Origin: Callorhinchus milii
Taxonomy: Eukaryota
Direction of reading: 5' to 3'
Assembly: GCF_018977255.1 (NCBI RefSeq)
Contig: NW_024704742.1
Span: 42,286,001 to 42,350,000 of the forward strand
Length of the DNA stretch: 64,000 nucleotides
Below the pieces are notes generated by a model. That model had not been told where the DNA came from. It ran no database searches and saw only the letters and a list, made by a program, of their open reading frames with translations. The first letter of the stretch is position 1. Every line of letters starts with the position of its first letter. The position numbers were made by a program, and so were the translations under genes. Shown here in pieces: positions 54,701-64,000 of this stretch.

Positions 54701-56444
54701 CCTTTTAAAATTTTCTTTTGGCGCACCCAATTTTGATAAGATACGGTAATAAAAATAGCATGTCAGCACTTTCCTAAAACAGCTCAAGAAAACATCTGAA
54801 GTGTGCTCAGTAATGTATAGCTAAATACATGGTTTTGCTTTAATTAAGCATGCAAGTTATTTTTTCAAACATGCAAAACTGAGGATATCATTTAATTACA
54901 AACCAAACCAACTATCTGGTAAAACAACTCATTTGCAAACTTAAATTCTAATCTTAAATAACAATAAAGGTTTGGTAAGCTTATTTTTGAAAAATATATG
55001 TATATGCAAAACCACAGAGAATAAATTTTGGATTATCTATCATTTGCAAGCTGTGATTGAATAATTATAGATTTAATTTTATACATAATTTGTAAGGAAT
55101 AAATCCCCAGCGATTATAATATTGGCAAGGACTGACACTAATTACTGTACTTATTACTAATAATGTAGAATTTTGTCTTCCAGAAAGTTATTAAGCATTC
55201 ATGCATTGCACACAGTCGATGCAGTCAAGTCACAATCTCTCCCTTTTCTCCCTTGCTCACCTCTGAGTGATTATCCTAATAATGGGCATTTATGAAAGCA
55301 AGTTGTTGTAAAGGTGGACATCTACTTGGGCCTCAGCTGCTCTCCTCTTGAATTATCTCAGCAATTTCAGATTGGATATTGACCACTTCTATAAAATTAC
55401 ACTTCTACAAAATGAGATCAATCAATGATCTTTCAGTTCTCAGTGAGTGCAGAGGTTGATTTTAATACTCGNAAAAAAAAGTTAGTCTCCTGTTCAAAAT
55501 CAAATGACAGAAGTTAGAAAAAACAAGGAAGATAAGAACTGTGTTTCAGCAGTAGAAAAGCTAGGAGATTAGATAAGCATTCCCTCCAGGAACAGAGTGC
55601 ACATTCCATATACAGGGAAATTTCTGTGGCAAACCAATGTGAGACTCTCATTCCGGTTTTAATACTCTTAAGCATGGAGCATATTTTTCAAACACATGGC
55701 AGAACATATGGGCAGAGTTCTTGGGGAGTACCTTCATTATAGTTTGACACAATTTCTTTTTACCAGTGGTGAGACTCTTGCACTGTTATTTGCTTCTTAT
55801 GTTGATAAATGTTGCAAGGATTCTACAAGGGTGCTATGTATTATATCATAACAATAATCAATTATTGTATAAGCAATAAATTGTTCTTTCCGCAGTATTG
55901 ACAGCTAGATGTATAGAACTGTTCCAGAAATTATAAAGTTGTTACATTATAATAATCTTTGTATTTGATATAGTATCTTATCATGGCGTTGAATGTCACC
56001 CACGCGTTCAACAGAACGTTTACTGTGATGTGTAGTGACTGTATTTTGTGGCGGATGTGGAAGCCAATTTGCACACAATACTGTCCTGCACCGTTCATTG
56101 TTGGTCAGGACACCAGAAGAAATGATGGGATCTGGGCAAAGTTCACTGATAGTGATTCCTTCAGACGCCCAGATGTGTTTTAGGCCGATCGTTTTGAACT
56201 CCACTAATTTTAATTTCTTCTGCGAAGACGATTGTGGTCAATCGAGGCTTCTGGTACCCAGTGGAAGATCGATGGCTGATTGGAACTCCTTAGGTTACCC
56301 TAAGATGTAACCCCAGCATCTGCGTTCACAAAACCTCTTGTGAAGCTCGCATGTGGAATCTCTGACGTAACAAATTGAGGTTGTCCTTCTTCATTCCTTA
56401 AGCCTAGAATTTTTTTTGACATACACTCATAATGGAAGAGTTCA

Positions 56445-57702
56445 GCACAAACGGTGACAGCATTTTATTGTGCNTTTTTTTTAAAACTGCCGTTGCCCCT
56501 GAAAAAGTTTGAGAAGTTATTTCAGTAGTGTTTTTTTATATGCACAACATCAATTATATCATCCAGAATGTAATAATGTCCTTCAAAGACTGAGCGTGTC
56601 TCGGGAGAATATCGGTCAGATGGTTCTTTTTTTAAAAAAAACATGTGTAGTTACGTACTACTGCTGATGATGCCGATAATGTTTCCATTTTTCTTGTGGC
56701 CGCTGTAGCAGCTGTTTTTGACAGCTCTAGGAATTGAGGCTGCCTGCAACTCCTTAGCATTCATAGTGATGTCCTTCAACTACATAATGTTATTAAAAAT
56801 AAACTGATTCAGTGTTGCAGCATCTGTACTATGCAGCAGTAGAAAGTTAACTATTTCGATGCTGTTGAGAAGCTAAAACAAACCAACACCAGCATGTCCT
56901 CTGATAAACTTTCTCTTTATTTTTTTTACAAAATGTACACCTATTAATACACAAAGACTATTGTAAATCTCAGATGTACATGGACTGTGCTACTCCTCGA
57001 GTCTTGCATTATAAATAAGTCACAGCAGATCAGCATGTACGTGCCTTTAGGATTCTACTTGTATACCTGAAGTAGTCGTGGGACTGCTTTCTTGCCAACA
57101 AAAAAGGTGCTGTGTTATTCTAGTTAAGAAATTGTGATGTACAAATGGACAGTATGTAATATGTACAGTTGTTGTTTGTCCCCTTTCACATTGCCCTGTG
57201 AATAAAATCTCACTTAAATGGATTATTGAATCATGTTTGGTTAGAGTGCTGCTTATTTCAATTTGCCAAAGAGTCTACTGCAAATCAGGAGGGCCGTACT
57301 ACATAGCCACACACACATATGTACACATCTATGAAATCTGCTTTTCGCCCATATGATCAAAAGCAAAGTCACCATGGTGACATTAGCCAGCTTTTATTAT
57401 TTCCAAGAGGGCTTCTTGTTTTCAGATGTTTACTTAGAAAGCATGCATTTTACATGACCAACTAACGCAGAGATTCTGAATAAAATGTTCTTCATGTCAT
57501 GATGCAGATGTGTGTATAAACTCAAAATAAACAAGTCGAAATATTTACAACTGAACAAAGCTCACTCGCATAATACATAACTCAGCGTGCCCGCTGAGCT
57601 CAGGTACAATAGCCCTGGTGTCTCCACTGTTTACGGTCGCCATTCATTTGTTTGTTCAGAATGTTTGAAGATGCCCCTTAAAGTGCTTGATCGCTGCTGT
57701 TG
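56445..57702 (-). other. KCNIP4: Probable KCNIP4 3'UTR
   Basis: AU-rich stretch without recognisable repeats after the stop; minus-strand AATAAA at 57393-57398, 56916-56921 and 56464-56469; end inferred. Confidence 0.55.
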
Positions 57703-57750
57703 TTAAATGACGTTTTCAAAGAGTTGCATGGATTTCATGATATTCTCGTC
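57703..57750 (-). CDS. KCNIP4: Kv channel-interacting protein 4, last coding exon
   Basis: Minus strand tcctgcacag|GAC...; DENIMKSMQLFENVI*. Confidence 0.93.
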   Translation of the reverse strand, partial: DENIMKSMQLFENVI

Positions 57751-57874
57751 CTGTGCAGGAGAAAACAAAACGGGAATCTTTGAAAAAACAATGCTGCATG
57801 GTGCATACCATTCAGCAAATCAGGCAGGAGCATTGATACCCTGACAGCTCAGACTTGTGATCACACGATATCAG

Positions 57875-58237
57875 TGGTCAGTTTTAGAGGTACTCGCTTC
57901 CCAAGCAAGAGACCTGGGTTCGATTCCCTGCAGGGCAAAATGTTGGACAAGTTTCCTTACTCCATGTGTCTCTGCTTACCAACAATAAGTGGGAATCCGG
58001 TTGTTTGTCAATTTGGGGATTGTTTATCCCGGGGTAATAATTCCTTCAAAAAAAATAATAATAATAAACTGGTCACTTACTCCACGACTGTGTGTGGGAC
58101 ACTGCTGTGCGCAATTGGCTGCCGCGTTTTGCCCACAAAATATACAGTCAATTCACTTTACAGTATATCCTGTGAAGCGTTTTGAGCGTCTCGAAGACGT
58201 GATAAGGTGCTATATCAAATGCAAGGATTATTATTAG
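57875..58237 (+). mobile_element. SINE family A (long form), antisense in the last KCNIP4 intron
   Basis: GGTTCGATTCC B box, shared middle and 3' end, (ATT)n tail. Confidence 0.88.
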
Positions 58238-58669
58238 ATACAGATGGTTTTGAGAATATGGCTAAGACAATGGAGGCAATGGGATCTCATCTCCAGGATT
58301 CCTAAAGTATCCACAATTCTTGAACAACCCACTGGAATTCCACACTGATGCCAATCTCATTTCCAATTGTCATCAAAACGATTTGTGACCAAAGGCCATT
58401 CACTGACACTTGCGAACTGATGGAGTTGTACACGCTTAACAGATCCTAACAATTATACACTTTATATAGGGTATGTTTTTTAATTATGGTCAATGGTCTA
58501 AAACAGATTTGTTACTTTCCACCTTTGTTTCAACTCACAACTGAGGACAGAGTAAAAAGGTATCAATGGCAGGATATATAATTGTATTGGACAGCTACTT
58601 TGGAGATGAGGGGGAAGATGAGAGAAAGAAGGCAGGAAGTTGCTGATAATTATCCTGAATGTGATTTTT

Positions 58670-59262
58670 CAACAATAACAACTTGCAGTTACATAGCACC
58701 CTCCACGCAGGATAGTGTCTCAGAACATTTAATAGTAGCGGAGCCTGACTCCGAGCCCAGGGGAGTGGGGAGGTGGCGTAAGCACGGTCAAACGGGAAAG
58801 TTTTCAGGTGGAACTTGAAAGAGGAGAGAGAGGGGGCAAGGTGGAGGGATTGAGGGAGAATGTTCCAGAGTTTTGGGGTGCAGTGGCTGAAAGCACGACC
58901 TCCGATGGTGGGGCGGAAGGTGCGAGGGATGAGCAGGAGGCCGGTGCTAGTCGAGCAGAGGCACCGGGTGATGGATTGGGGAGTGAGGAGGTCGGAGAGG
59001 TAGGGAGGTGCCAGGGAGTGAATGGATTTGAACACGAGAGTAAGGATCTTGAAGTCGATCCTTTCGTTGATGGGGAGCCAGTGGAGCCTGGCCAGAACTG
59101 GCGAGATGTGGGTACGGAGTTTGGTCCGGGTCAGTATGTGGGCGGCAGAGTTTTGAATGAGCTGGATCTTGTGATGGAGCTGGGGAGACTGGCGAAGAGT
59201 GTGTTGGAGTAATTCAAGCGGGAGATGTCAAGCGCATGCATGAGGGTTTGGGCTACATTGGG
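58670..59262 (-). mobile_element. L2 LINE 3' fragment
   Basis: AQTLMHALDISRLNYSNTLFASLP; FKSIHSLAPPYLSDLL; PTIGGRAFSHCTPKLWNILP. Confidence 0.9.
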
Positions 59263-59528
59263 GTAAGGTACAGTCAGTGGTGGGCAATGTAGCAGAGGTG
59301 AGTCTGAGGGGGAGTCGAGGGCAGTTAAGGAGTTTAGATCATAGGATCCGCAACAACAACAACTTAATATATAATATATAGCGCCCTTCATGCGGACAGC
59401 ATCTCGGAGCACTTAACACGGGACCGAAAAGAGGGGTGGAAGTGATCAAAGCCACTTTCAAAGAGGAAAATCTTCAGATGTGATTGGACTTCAAGACCTA
59501 ACTACATTAATAGTGTGAGAACACTCAC

Positions 59529-59591
59529 TTTTTGGCAGGTTTCGATGAACTCATCAATGGTAACCACTCCATCTTTATTTTTATCCATTTT
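59529..59591 (-). CDS. KCNIP4: KCNIP4 coding exon (EF-hand 4)
   Basis: gcccaacag| ... AAA|gtgagt; [21 protein letters not shown] with a canonical EF-hand loop. Confidence 0.95.
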
Positions 59592-60184
59592 CTGTTGGGC
59601 GGAATTAAAGAGAAAACAAATGTCAATGTTATTCTTTAACAGTAAGAGACAAAATAGACATGCTGCTGGTTTGCTGAACGATCCCTCTCTCTAAATGGGA
59701 TTATTAAATCTGTTGGCAGATTTCATGGAAGGAATAACAAACAATAAAACACAATCTACAATTATAACAATTATATAGAACCTTTCACGTCGGGAGGATG
59801 TCTCAAAGCACTTGATGAGCTGGGGTGGAAATGGGGGGGAGAATGGGGGAGGGGTAAAGATTTAGAAGACACGATCAATGAGGTAGGTTTTGAGGCATAC
59901 CTTGAAAGAAGGCAAACAAAGCAAAGAAGTCTATTTTTAGGCTGTGGCAAACACACCTCTGGCTATTTAAAATTGTGATCATTAAAGAGCCATTGCTGCT
60001 ACAAAAGGCATTCTGGTTAGAATTCACAACAGTGTGCGAGGAGGGTCACATAGGAGCTGGACTGTTTAATAATAGTAATAATAATTGCATTTGCACCTGT
60101 AGAGTCAAATGTTTCAAAGTACTTTATAATAATATCTGTTAATAATAAAAAAACTTACATTTGACATAATGTAAGGATGCAAAG

Positions 60185-60600
60185 ATTATTATAATGCTTT
60201 TCATGTCTGCAAGATATCTCAAAATGCGAAGGAAGATATACTTACTATAAAGTGCAATGACTGGACTGTGTAGCCAAATTGCACGTGTTTGATGTCCCAA
60301 AAGTAGCCATGAAGCAAATGGCCTATTTGGGAGATTGTTGGTCAGGACACTGAGAGAATCATCTCTTTTAGAATAGTATCTTGGAATTTTTAACATCCAC
60401 TTGAACAAGCAGATGGGACCTCAGTTTAACATCTCATCCAAAATTTGGTATCTCAAACAATGCAGTACTGCCCAGCACAAATTGAGCATAATATTTTGTA
60501 AGCGACCCCTCCTTCTTCTTCTCCCAGTGAGGGGACACCCTGGAGAGCTGGACCCACATGGCTACAACAGAAGTGTTACCAAATTAACCAAGCTGATACC
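60185..60600 (-). mobile_element. Degenerate DeuSINE-like element (family B)
   Basis: gggacctcagtttaacatctcatcc and ttggtcaggacac blocks shared with other copies. Confidence 0.65.
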
Positions 60601-60803
60601 TAAATAAGCAAAGTAATTTGGAGTCGTGGTCAATACTGGTACAAATGCAAACTGCAGGTCTTTTACGACAAATAAATTACCCAAATGATGTCCAATTAAT
60701 GGTCTAAATGAACTATTCTACATAGGGCCATTTACAAACTGCTTGCATTGGTTAGAATAGTTTGCAAAATGGGGGTGAGAGTGTAATATTTCCCACTCCA
60801 TAC

Positions 60804-60908
60804 CTGGAAAAAGATTTCCACGTGCTGTCTTGGAATTTCATCTCTGAGAACAGGATACGTGTATTTTCCCATCATGTCATAGATCGATTTCATAATGTCC
60901 AGCATCTC
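60804..60908 (-). CDS. KCNIP4: KCNIP4 coding exon (upstream exons lie beyond the window)
   Basis: cttggcag| ... CAG|gtatgg; [35 protein letters not shown]; paralog assigned by the FENVI C-terminus and synteny. Confidence 0.93.
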
Positions 60909-63900
60909 CTGCCAAGCACATTAAAATAAAAATAAATGTAAGAGATTAGTTAGATTAGGCTGATTTTATTCAAACATCCAATGTACATTGCAGAGAAAAT
61001 TTGGTATTCCTAAATGCATTCCGATTTTTAATAAGGAATAATACTAATAATCACATTTACATTTGGTGTAGAACATATCACGTCGTCAAGATGTCTCAAA
61101 GTTTCATAGGATTTTATTGTGAAATGTAATGACTGTGTATTTCTAGGCAAATGCAAGAGCCAATTTTTCCACAAATAGCCATGAAGTGAATGACTGATTT
61201 TATTTGAAATGTATTGATTTAGGAATACCGCATTTTACCCTTCCTCCTTCCATTGTTTATATCCTAAGCAATCAGAGTTCCCGGATTGTAGCCTCACATG
61301 TGCCCTCACCTCCACAAACCTTTGACCTGCGAAGATAGGTGAGTGAGCTGAATGCTTCTCACACACTGTGAGCGACTTATTACATTGTCTTACCTGAGCA
61401 AAAGAGATGTTTACTAGTTCAGAGTGTTGCGTGTTGATCAAAAAGACTTCAGACCTGCTTGGAGAGGCTTGGATATCAATGATCCACAGTACTTGAGACA
61501 TTCATGTTCATGAAAAGCATTATAAGTTGTTCCTAAAGTCCAAGCTGTCTCAATCACGTAAATTCCGAGTAGCTCATATGCTTTGAACTGCACTGGGATG
61601 TGAGATAAATCCTTAATACTTTCTTATCCCTTTTTATATTGCAACGAACATGTCCATTGTCTCTTCAGCCTCCTCATGCTTCTCATTGTTTTAATTGCTT
61701 TCTCAATATTTGCTCAAACAACTTGGTGCAATTAACTAATGAATAAATTTAACTGAACAGACATCAATTCTAAATCCCCAACGGTACAAACACATCAAAT
61801 GTTCCTCTGCAGGTTCTTTGGATTCAAAGTTAATTAAATGAATGAAAGGAAGTGTCTAATGACGACATCAGCTGTCAATCTTAACCTTCTCCTGGCACAA
61901 TGGTCTTTTTATTGATTGGAACTAAACACCTATGTGAAGCCACAAATGATAGTATATTTGTGTTACATATTAGGAGCAACAACAAAATGATAATGCCAGA
62001 GGTAACAGTAGCAGGGACAGATGTCTCATGAATTTTACTTTGTTTTGTTTCAGGAATAGGAAAGAATTACACTTGAGTCTAATAATGATTCAATGAAATA
62101 AGCACTTTCTTTATTCAAGCACAACTATGATATAAACATAAAATCCCAATGTAGCACATCACTTTCCATTTATTCCTGTTATATTTAATTCCTGACCCAG
62201 GCATCAAATGTCCCTAATTATCTGACTTGTAATGCTCAGCTCACGAAATAGAGGCATTCCGCTGCTCATTTTACTCAGACACAGTAATGCATTGAATCAA
62301 ATCACTTATTTGCAACAATTGTTTGCTTGAACCGCTAACTGAAAGATGAAAGGGAAGCAGTACAAATATTCGCAAGGTCCTGATTTTAATCTGCGGCCCA
62401 CAATCCAAAATTAAGCCAAACATTTTTCCGGTAAAATGATTCAGATTTAACTCTTACCTTGTGTCAAAAGAATGATTTCCTATCACTGGAGTGATCTGTG
62501 AGTAATGCTTCCACTGATAGTTTCCTATCATTCTGCCTATTGGTCTGTGTGAGTTAAATGACACTCGCCTCAGGATACAGAACTGGCAGCTTGTACATCA
62601 CGCATCACGAGATCTCACGTCACAAGAGAGTTTTGGATTAGGAAACTACTCGTTTCATCGACCCGTTTGATCTCGTCTTCCCAGAATATCCACCTTACCA
62701 TCTAGTGTCCTGAGAGGCGAGTTGCTATCTCAGTGTGATGTTATGACGTATATATTATCATGCATGTTGTATGTGTGCAGTTATATATGTGGTATTCCTG
62801 CAGCCCCACACTAAATTATTTATCTTATACCTTCAGAGGCAGAAAGAGTGCTGCAGAAGCACTATGCTGCCATATAATAATAATACTTGCATTGGATACA
62901 GTGCCTTACCACGTCTTTGAGAAGTCTCAAAGCGCTTCACAGGATACACTGTAAAGTGAATTGACTATATTTTGTGGGTGAAACGTGGCAGCCAATTGTG
63001 CAAAGGAGTGGCCCACAAACAATCATGGGTAGCCGCAGAGTTGAGAGGGGTAAGTACAATATGTTTATATCTTAGCAAATACAAGGTTACCTGTTTCCTT
63101 CAATTTAATACCTTGGTCAAAATATTTTAACCTTATCTTTTTGTAGCTAGGGAGAGCAGAGTGGGCATTTGAGAACACAGTCAAGTGGGGGAAATTAAAA
63201 AGCAGAGAGGAAAAAAGAATCAAGGAGTAGAACTACAGTTTAGCTTCTGATGCTGCTGAAATAACTGAAATGTACAAAAAATCTGCCCAGAGTGTGGGGA
63301 GCAAAGTCGAAAGCATTCCATAAAATGCACCAAGGGAATCACTCCCCATCGATGGAAAATGTGGGCGATCACAGTTCAAGATTTAAACCTGTTTTTGTTT
63401 GTTGATATTTATATATATATATTACGTAGAGAAAAAAAATATTTGGGTAAAGAGACTAAAAGTCCCGCTTAAATTCTCACTAGCTTTCCACTGCTCTCCA
63501 ATGATAGTGTCACAGTTTTGCATCTATCCCATTGACTGCACTTTGATCATCTTTCCCTCCACAACTCTTCTTGGTTCCCACCCCTAGTTTGGGTGTCAAG
63601 CATTAATAAATGTTTTCCGATGTGAAAGGCACTATATAAATTGAATTGTATTTTTATAGTGTCTTATCAGGTCAAAACATCTCAGAGTGCTTTTTGAGGA
63701 ACTACAGTTAAGCGTAGAGACCCTTAGCAAACTCAGAGCCAGCAAGGTGAACAACCAATTAATATGGAGGATTATTGGCTAGGACACCAGGAGAAACTCC
63801 ATTAATAATAACAATAATCCTTAAATTTGATATAGCGCCTTCTATGTCATGGAGAAAAGTGTTTCACAGGATATACTATAAAGTGATGTGACTGTATATT

Positions 63901-64000
63901 TTCATGGCATCGTTTAAGGTCAACCAAACTCGGTATAACATCTCAGGCAAAGGATAGCGTCTCTGACCATGCAATATTGCATCACTGGATGTCAGCCGAG

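Noticed and set aside
55472..56475. Two single N bases
   Set aside because: Assembly ambiguities next to homopolymer runs, not biology
60909..64000. Further KCNIP4 exons (EF-hand 3, WAFNLYDINKDG)
   Set aside because: No matching minus-strand exon found; presumably beyond the window end

Overview
Vertebrate genomic DNA: AT-rich, intron-rich and repeat-dense. The SINE/L2/CR1 content suggests a cartilaginous fish, possibly a chimaera (inference). The window holds the conserved SLIT2-PACRGL-KCNIP4 block. (1) The last four coding exons and 3'UTR of SLIT2 lie on + (2846-10989: LamG end, three EGF repeats, C-terminal cystine knot). (2) A seven-coding-exon PACRGL gene lies on + (39831-51617, 223 aa), with a CpG-rich candidate promoter at about 28.9-29.2 kb and a candidate upstream exon at 32.4-32.6 kb. 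(3) The last three coding exons and 3'UTR of KCNIP4 lie on - (57703-60908). The rest is L2 and CR1 LINE fragments, two tRNA-derived SINE families sharing a Deu-like 3' end, tandem repeats and palindromes. Almost all ORFs in the supplied track are repeat-derived or chance. I see no convincing new multi-gene system. The most unusual area is 28.4-34.4 kb: a motif-dense promoter abutting a 1.2-kb minisatellite, inverted near-identical SINEs, a TIR-bounded 680-bp element and a possible in-frame extra PACRGL exon. Gene and repeat names come from my recall of the families, not a database search, and repeat boundaries are approximate.
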